DNA of 64,000 nucleotides from Gammaproteobacteria bacterium (GTDB taxonomy: Bacteria; Pseudomonadota; Gammaproteobacteria; JASBUN01): positions 13,472 to 77,471 of the forward strand of contig JASBUN010000031.1 of the NCBI GenBank assembly GCA_030147845.1, written 5' to 3'. The translations under genes were made by a program, and so were the position numbers. The notes beneath the pieces were generated by a model that saw nothing but the letters and a program-made list of their open reading frames with translations, did no database searches and was not told the DNA's origin. This document shows, one piece after another, positions 42,795-53,020 of this stretch (positions within the stretch are counted from its first letter, which is position 1; each line of letters opens with the position of its first letter).

Positions 42795-43472
42795 TTGAAC
42801 AATAGGAGCCTGCAGACATCTTGGTACCGTCAAGCGGCAGCAGTAATACCCCGATATTGGTATCTGAAGAGCACTGGAACTGTGCTTTTCATCGCCCTGT
42901 TCTTTGGCGCGTATTTTTATTTACTCAAAAATCCGGCTTATCCGATTACCGTAATGCCGATCACGTGGCTGGATCGCCTGATTGGCTTTCACCCGCGGGC
43001 TTTGCCCATCTATCTATCGTTATGGGTATACGTTTCTCTGCCGCCAACATTGTTGGCGACTAAACGTGAGTTATATCACTACGGCATGGCCATCGGAGCG
43101 GCGTGTCTGCTCGGCCTGTTTATCTTCTATTTCTGGCCGACCGCGGTGCCGGGAGCGAATATCGATTGGACCCGGTACCCGAACGTGGATTTTCTGAAAA
43201 ACATGGATGCTTCCGGAAACGCCTGCCCATCATTACATGTAACTACGGCGATTTTTTCGGGTATTTGGTTGCATCACTTGCTTCGCCGCTTCCGTGCGCC
43301 GCCGTGGATTACCAGCCTCAACTGGATTTGGTGCATTGGTATCGTTTATTCAACCTTGGCCACGCGTCAACATGTGGCGGTCGATGTATTGGCGGGCTTA
43401 GCATTGGGGACGGTAGCCGCCTATCTTTCATTACGCCATAAGGTCGGGATTAAGGTTTCCGGCGCCGTGTAG
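42795..43472 (+). CDS. PAP2-family membrane phosphatase/phosphotransferase
   Basis: NACPSLHV and STLATRQH.AVDV motifs. TTG start after GGAG; start uncertain. Confidence 0.8.
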   Translation: MNNRSLQTSWYRQAAAVIPRYWYLKSTGTVLFIALFFGAYFYLLKNPAYPITVMPITWLDRLIGFHPRALPIYLSLWVYVSLPPTLLATKRELYHYGMAIGAACLLGLFIFYFWPTAVPGANIDWTRYPNVDFLKNMDASGNACPSLHVTTAIFSGIWLHHLLRRFRAPPWITSLNWIWCIGIVYSTLATRQHVAVDVLAGLALGTVAAYLSLRHKVGIKVSGAV

Positions 43473-43634
43473 CTCCCGGCGGCATCACTTTTCATTGCCA
43501 CTTTTGCGCTTCGAGCGACTACCGCTTGCGTCTGATACACTGTCTATGGCGAGCGTTGTTTCAGCGTCCTCGCGTCGAATCCCGGACCCCCTCCCCCGGA
43601 AAACCAAACCCATTCACGGCGGCACGTATTGGCG

Positions 43635-44420
43635 ATGAAGCAACAAGTAAAAACAGACAAGCCGACGCCGGTGCACGCACCGCATATACCGCTGACTGCC
43701 TACTACCGAACGGAGCGCGATCGGCAGGCATATCTGCGCCAGATCTTTGACGACACAGCGGCTGATTACGACCGAATCGAGACCCTGCTAGCACGGGGAT
43801 CGGGCTCGCGTTACCGCCGCCAGGCGCTGGTGCGCGGCGGTCTAAAAGCCGGTATGAAGGTACTCGATGTCGGTGTCGGTACTGGTTTGGTCGCCGCACA
43901 GGCCTGTGTTTTGACCGAGGACGCCGCTTTGGTGACCGGCGTCGACCCCAGCACCGGCATGATTGCCGCCAGTAAACTACCGAAAGCCATGATGCTCGTC
44001 GAAGGCCGAGCCGAATCCTTGCCGTTTCCCGATAACCACTTTGATTTTCTCAGCATGGGCTATGCGCTACGCCACATCAGCGACCTCGAAGTGGCGTTCG
44101 CGGAATTTAAGCGGGTTTTGAAGCCCGGTGGGCGACTGTGCATACTCGAAATCACACAGGCACAGAGCCGGTTTGGACGATGGTTACTTAAAAGTTATAT
44201 GCGCGGTTTTATTCCCTTATTGACCCGTCTCGTGTCCAAACAAAAGAACACCGCGACGATCTGGCGCTATTTCTGGGACAGCATCGAAGCCTGCGTCCCA
44301 CCCGGGCAGGTACTGGCGACCTTAAGTGCGGCGGGATTTAGCCGCGTTGAACGGCACCTGGAAATCGGTATCTTTTCAGAATATCAGGCGCTCAAAGCCG
44401 ATCCCGACCAGACCAATTGA
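43635..44420 (+). CDS. Class I SAM-dependent methyltransferase (UbiE/COQ5-like)
   Basis: FD..A.DYD, VLDVGVGTG, AESLPF, GYALRH, RVLKPGG. Confidence 0.85.
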   Translation: MKQQVKTDKPTPVHAPHIPLTAYYRTERDRQAYLRQIFDDTAADYDRIETLLARGSGSRYRRQALVRGGLKAGMKVLDVGVGTGLVAAQACVLTEDAALVTGVDPSTGMIAASKLPKAMMLVEGRAESLPFPDNHFDFLSMGYALRHISDLEVAFAEFKRVLKPGGRLCILEITQAQSRFGRWLLKSYMRGFIPLLTRLVSKQKNTATIWRYFWDSIEACVPPGQVLATLSAAGFSRVERHLEIGIFSEYQALKADPDQTN

Positions 44421-44531
44421 GGATTGGCAAAACCAGCCGCTTTACGCGTCACAAGCACATTGATCGGCCGATCATACGGCCGCGCGCAGCAAATATTATC
44501 GGCGGGCGCAGCCGGCTCCCGGGGCCGCTAC

Positions 44532-45296
44532 TCAGAAACGCCCTTGCACACGCCGGAACAACAACACCGGCAAACGCAGTGTGAAGCCGACCAGCAAGCG
44601 TGCGTGCATCCAACTCAGTAGCAGGTTATCGCGCAGATAGCGGAAGTGCGACACGCCGCCTTGGTCGAGACGAAAATAGCGAACCGGAGCGGCGATATTG
44701 ACCGGCCTCACCCCTCGCCAGCAAAGCCGAACCACCGCTTCCGGATCAAAATCGAAACGCCGCATCCAAGACTGGTACCGCATTATGGTACGCAATTCCT
44801 CGACCGGATAGACACGGAATCCGAACAGTGAGTCGCCGATGCCGGCCCACAGCGTTTCGACGTTTGCCCACCAGTTGGACAACCGACGTCCGTTTACGCG
44901 TAAGCTCGGCGCGTCGCTGTCGAAAATCGGTACACCCAGTATCATCGCCGTGGGCTGGCGCAACGACTCCGCCATAAAGGATGGAATGCGATGCGCCGGA
45001 TGCTGGCCGTCGGCATCCATGGTCAACACGTGAGTAAAGCCCGATGAGGCCGCCTGCTCTAAGCCATGCAAAACCGCTGCGCCCTTACCCTGGTTGCGCG
45101 GCAGCACCATGATACGCAAGCCTTCGTCCCGCCCTGCCATTGCCAATAAGCCGTCCGCGGTACCATCATCACTGCCATCCACGACTATCCATACCGGGTT
45201 CCAGAATTGACGCGCCGCGCGCACCGTTTCGTATACCGAAGCGCCGGGGTTATAACTCGGAATGAGCACGAGATGCGTGTTCGAAGGAACCATCAT
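44532..45296 (-). CDS. Glycosyltransferase family 2
   Basis: LIPSYN, VVDGSDD, NQGKGAA, MDADGQH, DSLFGFRVYP. Confidence 0.9.
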   Translation of the reverse strand: MMVPSNTHLVLIPSYNPGASVYETVRAARQFWNPVWIVVDGSDDGTADGLLAMAGRDEGLRIMVLPRNQGKGAAVLHGLEQAASSGFTHVLTMDADGQHPAHRIPSFMAESLRQPTAMILGVPIFDSDAPSLRVNGRRLSNWWANVETLWAGIGDSLFGFRVYPVEELRTIMRYQSWMRRFDFDPEAVVRLCWRGVRPVNIAAPVRYFRLDQGGVSHFRYLRDNLLLSWMHARLLVGFTLRLPVLLFRRVQGRF

Positions 45297-45316
45297 GAGA
45301 AAAAACAAACCGTGAG

Positions 45317-46117
45317 TTAGGGCGTACGATCAACCAAGGTCGGCACGAAATCGGATGAATGATCTGCGGCATCCTGCACCAGCTCGTGAGTAAAATATCG
45401 CTCCAACTCAGCCACAAATTCGTGGGTATTTTGCGGTGGATCAAAGCGTCGACCCAAACGTACTCGGTAACGTATTGGCATCGGTGGTTTGCGGAACAAC
45501 GGCCAACCCTTAGTCAGATATACCGAATCCGTTTCGATAAACACCGCTTGCACCGGCACCTTCGCGTGGTGCGCGATGAGGCCGATACTCCCTTTGAGCC
45601 GGTTAATCGGCGGCGAAGTCGTACGCGTGCCCTCAGGAAACAACAATAGATGACTGCCGCTGGAAAAATCATGGGTCGCCTGCTGCACCATGCGCCGCAC
45701 CGGCTCATTGCGGATATAGCGCGAAAGTCGCGCACCGGCCCCGAGAAAAATATTATTCATTAGGTCGGCTTTCAACACACATGCAACATTAGGCAAGCGT
45801 GATATCACCAGCAGTGCATCCAACAAACATGGATGATTGGGCGCGATAATAAGTGACGACTCATTGCGCAAGGCATCCAGTGCCTTCAGATCAAAACTGC
45901 AGCGGCGCGAGAGACTAAGACTAGTAAGATAGAGGCGGAATCCCGCCATGGTCACGAAACGTCCAATCGCCTGCCCACGGCGTTCGGACAATAACGGATA
46001 GATAACGATCGCTATCGGCGTCCAGGCCAGGCACGATGCGCCCAGCATAAACAAACCGAAATATAGTATAAAATAGTCGTAAACGTTCAGCAGTAACCGC
46101 AACGGCGCACGCATCAT
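45317..46117 (-). CDS. Lysophospholipid (PlsC-like) acyltransferase
   Basis: NHPCLLD (HX4D) and FPEGTR motifs. Confidence 0.88.
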   Translation of the reverse strand: MMRAPLRLLLNVYDYFILYFGLFMLGASCLAWTPIAIVIYPLLSERRGQAIGRFVTMAGFRLYLTSLSLSRRCSFDLKALDALRNESSLIIAPNHPCLLDALLVISRLPNVACVLKADLMNNIFLGAGARLSRYIRNEPVRRMVQQATHDFSSGSHLLLFPEGTRTTSPPINRLKGSIGLIAHHAKVPVQAVFIETDSVYLTKGWPLFRKPPMPIRYRVRLGRRFDPPQNTHEFVAELERYFTHELVQDAADHSSDFVPTLVDRTP

Positions 46118-47178
46118 CAACCTCGGCCGCCGTCGACGGACGTAAACGGATGTCCGGCAGTAGCTTCGATTTCCACCAGCAAGTCCTGCCGACATATGTC
46201 TGCGTGCAAGTAAATACTCTCGGGAGGGTGACCGACAATGCGCTCAACTTCGTGGCGCACTTGCTCCAGATCGCGCTCGCGTCGCAAATAAATCTTGTAG
46301 CATAAATTGGCTAACTCGAATTTCGCCCGCGTGGTGCGAACGTTGGCCTGCGCCAGCACACTCTCTATGTTGGCCAACGTTTCGCGCGTTTGCGCGATGA
46401 CATCGTCCGGGTGCAGAGTCACATGTCCGACGATACTGGCCGTCCCGGATACGAACAACACTTCTTCCGTGCCCAGTCGCACTAGACTCGCGCGCGAGAA
46501 TGTCGGACTGCGCGGGCCGTATTGCTGCGGATACCGGTAGGCACTGATTTGGCGCGGATTTTCGATATTAAACGGCGCCACGCGTCCGGCCAAAAAAGCG
46601 ATCGCCAACGGCCCCTGGGTCGAACCGAGGGCACAGGCGGCGGGGAAATTCCCTACCAAGTCGCGCCCATGCGCAAGAAATGCATCCTTGCGTCCGAGAT
46701 TAAATTGGCGATAGCGCTCCAGCCCAAAGCTGTGGACGTTGATGTCGGCAATGTAATTCCAAAATCGGAACAGATATGGGAAGTGTAGCCTATCGAGCAG
46801 CGTAAACACTTGACGGTAAGCCGACTCAGTCGCCTGCTGCAGCGGCGTCTTATTGCTATCCGCTTCAAAATTCGCTTCGGGCAACATGACCACCCCGAAC
46901 AATACATCGTCGTCATGCCGATAATGAATGTCGCCCAAGCGGCCGTGCGTCAGTTGCCCGTTAGCGTACCAAGCTTCGCAGATCGAGTTTCCGCCATCCA
47001 ATCGCCGCATAGGTACACACATGCATGGCACTTCACCGTCAGCCTGTACCGAACTATCGACTGGATCTGCCAAGAAGCAGAGAGCACCCAACACATTGTT
47101 TCGCCACTGTACTGGTTGGCTCAAAAACGCCGCCACCGATAAGCTTGCGCCATGTAGGCGCGATACTGTGTCGTGCAT
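46117..47178 (-). CDS. XanB2/FkbO-Hyg5-like chorismatase (hydroxybenzoate-forming)
   Basis: R.WNY...IN, ERY..FN.GR, PAA.A.G, ENPRQ.SAY.YP.QYGPRSP.FSRA, SGTASIVGH, DICR.DLLVEIE. Confidence 0.85.
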   Translation of the reverse strand: MHDTVSRLHGASLSVAAFLSQPVQWRNNVLGALCFLADPVDSSVQADGEVPCMCVPMRRLDGGNSICEAWYANGQLTHGRLGDIHYRHDDDVLFGVVMLPEANFEADSNKTPLQQATESAYRQVFTLLDRLHFPYLFRFWNYIADINVHSFGLERYRQFNLGRKDAFLAHGRDLVGNFPAACALGSTQGPLAIAFLAGRVAPFNIENPRQISAYRYPQQYGPRSPTFSRASLVRLGTEEVLFVSGTASIVGHVTLHPDDVIAQTRETLANIESVLAQANVRTTRAKFELANLCYKIYLRRERDLEQVRHEVERIVGHPPESIYLHADICRQDLLVEIEATAGHPFTSVDGGRG

Positions 47179-48521
47179 CAGTTCACCGCTGTACCGGTTT
47201 CATCTACCGATTGAATATTGTGCTTACGTATTCGCCATGCTTGCAATGTACGTCGAAATTTGAGTAAGGAGCCGATGTAATATAGCCCCTTGAACAGCAA
47301 CAACGGTCGGCGAATCGGTGTTTTGCCGAATACGTCACCCGCCAATACCGACAGCAATGCTTCTTTTACGCGAAAAATATTGCGTGGTCCCATGAACATA
47401 TCGCGCATAGTCGGATTGGTTACGCGATAAATAAACCAGGAAAAAGCCTTGGGGCCTTTTCGCATGGTCACATCAAATTTTCGCAATGCAGCCGCTGCTT
47501 TATCCGGATGACGCAGACACGTGTCAACGGCATCGGCGCCAACAAACGCGCTTTGCATGGCCAACATCACACCCGAGGAAAATACCGGATCAATAAACGT
47601 ATAAGCATCGCCCAGCAGTATGTAATTGTCGCCGTAGGTACGATCGCACACGTAGGAAAAATTTCCCGTCGCCTCGACCTTTGAAGCCAGTTTCGCATGC
47701 TGCAATCGTTGATCCAGAGGTGAGCACAGGGCAATCGTTTCCTTAAAAAACTGCTCAAGCGATTTGTTGTGCCGGGTTTTCAGGTAATAAGGCCAGATCA
47801 CCGCGCCGACGCTGGTCATACCATCGGCCAATGGAATAAACCAGAACCAGCCGTGATCGAACCAGAAAATACTAATGTTACCTTCGTCCTTCCCGGCATT
47901 ACGCTCGGCACCGGAGAAATGCGCGTAGATGGCCGCGCTGTTGTGCCGCTTGTTACGTTGCTTGGCTTTGAAGCGATTGCCGAGAAAAGTATCGCGCCCG
48001 GAGGCGTCCAACACAAAACGGCTGCGCACGGTTTCAATGCTACCGTCCTCGTGACGTGCCCGCACCACGGCCCCGGCATGGGCCGGCAGAAAGTCGACCT
48101 TTTGTACCTGGCAGCCTTCCACCGCCCGCGCATTCTTGCGCGCGGCATTGCGAAACAGGATCTCATCGAACTCGGAACGCCGCACCTGATAGGCCATGGG
48201 CATAGATTTATCCATGGCATCGGCAAACTGGAACGATTGCTTATGGTCGTGCCAGGGCGAAACGAACTCCGCACCCCACTTTTCCATGCCGATGGCCTTC
48301 ACCTCATCGGCCAGTCCCAGCTTTTCCAGCAGCGGCAGATTGGCCGGCAGCAAAGACTCACCAATATGAAAGCGCGGGTGGCGGGCCTTTTCGAGCAAAG
48401 TCACGCGATAACCGCGTTCGGCCAATAGCGCCGCAGCCGTCGAACCGGCCGGGCCGCCGCCGATGACGAGCGCATCGCACTCAGAATCGTATGCCGCTGA
48501 AGTTGTTGCTTGTGTATCCAT
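47178..48521 (-). CDS. Flavin-dependent halogenase (carrier-protein-type, xanthomonadin halogenase-like)
   Basis: GGGPAG, PRFHIGESL, WFWFIP (WxWxIP), FIDPVFSSG (FxxPxxSxG). Confidence 0.83.
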   Translation of the reverse strand: MDTQATTSAAYDSECDALVIGGGPAGSTAAALLAERGYRVTLLEKARHPRFHIGESLLPANLPLLEKLGLADEVKAIGMEKWGAEFVSPWHDHKQSFQFADAMDKSMPMAYQVRRSEFDEILFRNAARKNARAVEGCQVQKVDFLPAHAGAVVRARHEDGSIETVRSRFVLDASGRDTFLGNRFKAKQRNKRHNSAAIYAHFSGAERNAGKDEGNISIFWFDHGWFWFIPLADGMTSVGAVIWPYYLKTRHNKSLEQFFKETIALCSPLDQRLQHAKLASKVEATGNFSYVCDRTYGDNYILLGDAYTFIDPVFSSGVMLAMQSAFVGADAVDTCLRHPDKAAAALRKFDVTMRKGPKAFSWFIYRVTNPTMRDMFMGPRNIFRVKEALLSVLAGDVFGKTPIRRPLLLFKGLYYIGSLLKFRRTLQAWRIRKHNIQSVDETGTAVN

Positions 48522-48976
48522 GACTTAATGTAACCCCCTGTCCGTGGTAGAAATACTATCACATCGTATTTGCAATCCTATGCATTTGTCATGCTCCGGC
48601 ATAATCCGTCGGTTGTAAACTAACGGCACGGAAAGCGACCCACGCGCACGCGCGAATTGCAACCGACTGTCGTACCGCCGACGCGACGGCGCAGCCTACC
48701 ACACGGCGCCAGCGGCAGACAAATACCGTGCCGGAAATTCAAAGTGTTAGCACATAGACGGCCGATACGATGCGCACTGATGGGAACCCTCCGTACGATT
48801 ACTTCACTCGGTCATCGGCTCACCACCGGCTACCGGCTGGGCAGTCGTAACGCCAGGGTTACCCGCCGCAGGAAACGATGGCGGCCGGGTAGACGGGTCG
48901 CGCATTTGCCGCGATAGCCCTCGCTTCTACGCTCACCGCCTCACGGGGGCGGCCTGACCCGTTGCTGGAGGTTGAG

Positions 48977-49120
48977 TTAGATTTCGCCCTTGAAATGGTC
49001 GTTCCCAAAACCCCGATGCTCCGTTCTTGCGTAAATCGCTTGCGCCTTCTCCCCTGATCTTCCGTCATCGACTATATAGGGCAACGCCTTTCGGAAGCTA
49101 GACCCCATTTTCGCACTGTG
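48977..49120 (-). mobile_element. Degenerate IS3-family left end / orfA remnant
   Basis: Translates RKRFTQERSIGVL (compare K.RF.EEQII.IL) and then degenerates. Confidence 0.5.
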
Positions 49121-49480
49121 CTCATTATGTAGGCTGTGAACGACAAAAAAATCCGCCAAAGCTGACGTCAACATCGGAATAATCTGACGGGGAATTGAAC
49201 GGCCCTATGTTGGAATAGCCCAGCGTAGCGCGCACCGCATAAACCGACTTGGTGGGACGCGCTCCAACTATGTTAAATCGACAGCTGAGTTCGCTCCGTA
49301 TTCAACGCGTGGGCATGGACCAGGACTGGGGAGTTGGATTGGCCGTAGTAGCTGTGTTGTGTGCCTGACCCGGTACGTTCGCTGTGCCGCGCTTACAACG
49401 TGATTCTCGGTCCTGATAGAGGTTATGGCGGCCAGCATTTCGATTGGTCTCGACTCAATAAAATTGCACGAGGGATATGA

Positions 49481-49867
49481 ATGAAAATAGTAAGTGTCGT
49501 TTTTCTAGCTACATTGGTCGCCGCACTGAGTGGCTGTTCTACGGTTTCGTCTTCCGCGTTAACGGGGCCTAAACAACCCGCCTGGAAAGGACAGGTGTTT
49601 GTGTCTGAAGAAAAACTACCCCAAAACGTAAAACACACAGTGATCGGTACCGTGCAGGCAAAAGCGCGCGCAGGCTATCGCGGCGCGGAAAGCCTTTATA
49701 CATTCCTTGCCGCTGAAGCTAGGAAGATCGGCGCCAACGCAGTCGTCGGTGTCAGTGGCGGCCGTCAAGTTACCGCCGTATCGTGGTCCGCACCCTATGT
49801 CAGTGGAACCGCCGTTAGAGTAGAAAACGTTCAAGAACTTAACGAAATACCGGGGAAACTTTACTGA
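49481..49867 (+). CDS. Small lipoprotein (YbjQ-like fold possible)
   Basis: Lipobox LSG-C; L..EARKIGANAVVGV and GTAV motifs. Confidence 0.7.
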   Translation: MKIVSVVFLATLVAALSGCSTVSSSALTGPKQPAWKGQVFVSEEKLPQNVKHTVIGTVQAKARAGYRGAESLYTFLAAEARKIGANAVVGVSGGRQVTAVSWSAPYVSGTAVRVENVQELNEIPGKLY

Positions 49868-49927
49868 GAGGTCTCGCGGTTAATAAGTCGTGAACAATAG
49901 ATGCCCAACCGATCATCACAACCGACC

Positions 49928-50185
49928 GGCCGTACCCCATAACCAGTCCATTTTCAATGGAGGGCTTTTCCAATACACTAGACTGAGGCAGTTCGCGAGA
50001 CCAAGCACAAACGGTTTTCCGAAGAGCAGATTATTGGGATTTTTCATGAGCACGCGGCGGGCGCGAGCGCGACCGATCACGTCCGACGCTATAAGGTGGC
50101 CGAACAACCGATCAGGCGCCGGAAGAACGAGTATGGCGGCAGAGACGTGTGGGCGGCAAAGCGGCTGTGCCAACCTGCGCAGGAT
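49928..50185 (+). mobile_element. Degenerate IS3-family (IS407-like) orfA remnant
   Basis: Start codon lost; frame reads KRFSEEQIIGIFHEHAAGASATDHVRRYKVAEQ...KNEYGGRDVWAAKRL. No orfB follows. Confidence 0.75.
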
Positions 50186-50996
50186 ATGCGTGCGGCAGCT
50201 CGACCAACCGCTGGCGGTCTTCGTTCGTACTGCTCATCCGGAGGCACATTTGCCCACCATCAGGCATCTCGATCCGCAGTTCATAGAACGTATCACGCTA
50301 GTGCTCGGCTACTGCTGTCGCGTTGTATGTTAGATACACCACACGATGCTGTGCTCGCCTCAAGCCGGTGCACGAATCTCGCAAACGCCGCTCGCCATCT
50401 TCGTAGGATAGGATCAACCACAGGCCCTAGTTCCACGCGTACACATCTATACCTGCTTCATGCTTACGATTTATCCGGCAAATTGACAACGCGGTTATCG
50501 ATGCTAATTTGAGTTGTAGGCGGGATCATTCTTCATAGTTGTAGCCATTATTCGTATCTATTCGTACGTTAGCGTCGGTCCGCTTAGTTATCATTCGGGC
50601 TGCTTGTTTCTGAAGCCGTTGTCACGAAGAACTGTGTCCGCCGGCTCGGGGACGTTTCGCATTACCCTGCCGAAGTCAGGCGATATCGGTTCCAACTATA
50701 CAAGTCGTTCCGCAACATCGCCCGTTATGGCCGGTGACACATAGTTCGCTGAAGAATCGATGTGTAGGCTTGTTCTGGAACGATACCCGCAAGTCTGGCA
50801 GTTTGGGTGTGTCCTTCTACGCAGTGTTATTGCATTGCTCACGCCGTTCAGTGAAGCATCGGCTGCAGTAGCTTAGTTTCGGGGATGACCCTCACGAGAG
50901 TGTTCCTTACAGGCCCCGAATTGCGTGGCAGCGCAAACGGACACGGCAGCCGGCTGCGTCAATCTCCAACGTAATATCCGCAAGGAGAGATGAGTC

Positions 50997-52919
50997 ATGT
51001 CACTACACCGCTTCTCTATTGTACGCCCACTTTTGGTGTTATTGATCGGTTATCTACTGGCCACCGTCACCGGATCAGCTTTGGCAAGCGAAAACTCGCA
51101 TTCCGCACTCAACCCGGTAACCGCCACCGCTCGCGCGGCAGAACGGCTGTTTCCTAGCGGAACGCGCAATGTGGTGCTCAGTTCCGCAGCGGACAACGAT
51201 AGCATTGCGCTTGCGCAAGCTCTGGCGACGAAACTCTCCGGGGCGTTGTTGCTGACAGAAAGTCCACATGCACTCGGAACGGCGACGGCGCACGCTTTAC
51301 GGACTTTGACTATTCCGAAAGTAACGACGTCAGATACCGTATTGCCATTTCAAGCAGCCGCCGGAAAGCCTCATGTCTACATCGTCGGTGACAACAAGCT
51401 GATCGATACCGCCGTCGCGGAACACCTTCGCTCGCGCGGTTATCAAGTCACGCGCCTGTCCGGCCATGGGCCGGCCTTGGTACGCGATGTGATGCAGCGA
51501 GTCGCACCGCCCATGCCATCGGCCGCGACGACGGCGGGCTTTCCGGACCGCTGGACAGTTTATGCGGGCAATCCTTCACATAATTCGGCATATCGAGTCC
51601 CGGCTAGCGCTCCCGATTGGGAAAAAGAGGGTGTGAGCTGGCGCTTTGCCCAAGACGCCGCCGTGCCGCTGCATGCGCCGTTTCCCGAATTGAAGATCCG
51701 CGGACCGCGGCGCGCCCCCGTGGCGATGACGCAGAACTTAGGTGAAGCCGTGGGCGTGACGGCGGTCAATGGTGTGATTTACGCGGAATCGGACGACTCC
51801 CATTTATATGCTTTGGACGCCAAAAGTGGCGCGTTATTGTGGAAGACCTCGGCATTGGCAAACACACTGATGGCCAATCCGATTGTTGCAAATAATTTGG
51901 TCTATGTAGCGGCCGGCGATACCGGGTTTCCGTTTTCGCAAGTCTTGAAGTATGCGCGCAGCCAGGGCCGTGCACCGTTGACGCGCGGGCTGCAATACTC
52001 CGCCGTCTACGCTTTTAACGCAACAACCGGCCGATTGGTCTGGCGACACGACTTTCGCGGAGAGGCCATGCCGACCCCTGTGTATTATAGACATACCGTT
52101 TACGAAGCCACCGGCGGAGGACGCTTGTGGGCACTGGATGCTGCCACAGGCAAAGTGAAGTGGAAAACGCCGTTGCACGGCTTTGACAGCATGTCGAGTG
52201 CCAACATTTATGTCAATCCTAAGACACACGTGGCTGAAATATTGGTCGGCACTACCGACAAAAACCATGTTATTGCAGTCAACGCGGCTAATGGGACCGT
52301 TCTCTGGACCCAGAAGACACCTCTGAAAATCTTCAACACCGGGATGGGTGATAATTCGCCAACGGTCGACCAAGATCGAGGCATCGTCGTGCAGGACTCG
52401 GTAGTCGATTTCGATCGGAAGGCTCATACCACTAACTTGGCGATCTACGCCATGGATGCGCAGCACGGCAAAATTCTGTGGACCCGAAAACTCGGAGTAG
52501 GACATGTGCCGCCCGCATATAAAGCCGGTTTGGCATTAATCCACGCCGGCATTGTATATGTTGGCTCTCCCGTTACGTCGACCATCTATGCGTTGAACGA
52601 AACAAATGGCGAAATCTTGTGGCGCTTTCATATTCAGCACGCCGGACCCGCTGGCGCCGGACGCGGCAACCCCGTATACGCTTATGGAGTCCTATGGCTA
52701 GCCGCCGGACCGAAGTTATATGCACTCGACCCCAAAACCGGGCGCGAGCTCGGCGACTACAAACCTGGCGGTCGGTTTGGCATCGTAAATCCGGTTATCG
52801 TCGGTGGCACCATGTACTTGGATAACTCGTATGACTGGGTGCAGGCTGTCGCGTTAAAGAAAATCTATCCTTCTTTGCAAATCATGTCGAACAATGCCGT
52901 ACGCGCACAGAGTCATTAA
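50997..52919 (+). CDS. tetH: Tetrathionate hydrolase-like PQQ-type beta-propeller with an N-terminal cell-wall-binding-2-like domain
   Basis: Signal peptide; N.HN...P..AP.W...GVSW.F, GVIYAESDD, LMANP, GEAMPTP, DSMSS, NTGMGD, AGAGR, GG.FGI..PVIVGGT.YL.NS.DW match Acidithiobacillus TetH as recalled. RBS AAGGAG. Confidence 0.8.
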   Translation: MSLHRFSIVRPLLVLLIGYLLATVTGSALASENSHSALNPVTATARAAERLFPSGTRNVVLSSAADNDSIALAQALATKLSGALLLTESPHALGTATAHALRTLTIPKVTTSDTVLPFQAAAGKPHVYIVGDNKLIDTAVAEHLRSRGYQVTRLSGHGPALVRDVMQRVAPPMPSAATTAGFPDRWTVYAGNPSHNSAYRVPASAPDWEKEGVSWRFAQDAAVPLHAPFPELKIRGPRRAPVAMTQNLGEAVGVTAVNGVIYAESDDSHLYALDAKSGALLWKTSALANTLMANPIVANNLVYVAAGDTGFPFSQVLKYARSQGRAPLTRGLQYSAVYAFNATTGRLVWRHDFRGEAMPTPVYYRHTVYEATGGGRLWALDAATGKVKWKTPLHGFDSMSSANIYVNPKTHVAEILVGTTDKNHVIAVNAANGTVLWTQKTPLKIFNTGMGDNSPTVDQDRGIVVQDSVVDFDRKAHTTNLAIYAMDAQHGKILWTRKLGVGHVPPAYKAGLALIHAGIVYVGSPVTSTIYALNETNGEILWRFHIQHAGPAGAGRGNPVYAYGVLWLAAGPKLYALDPKTGRELGDYKPGGRFGIVNPVIVGGTMYLDNSYDWVQAVALKKIYPSLQIMSNNAVRAQSH

Positions 52920-53020
52920 CCAGCGGGATTGGCCGCAATGTCAGCTCGTGCGCACCGAGCGCTAAATTCTCAGGGACGGACCATGGCGCGCGCGACGTAC
53001 GGCGAGCGTGCGCGAGCATG

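Noticed and set aside
48977-50185. Intact composite transposon carrying the lipoprotein
   Set aside because: The two IS3 relics differ in sequence, lack orfB and right ends, and no target duplication is visible.
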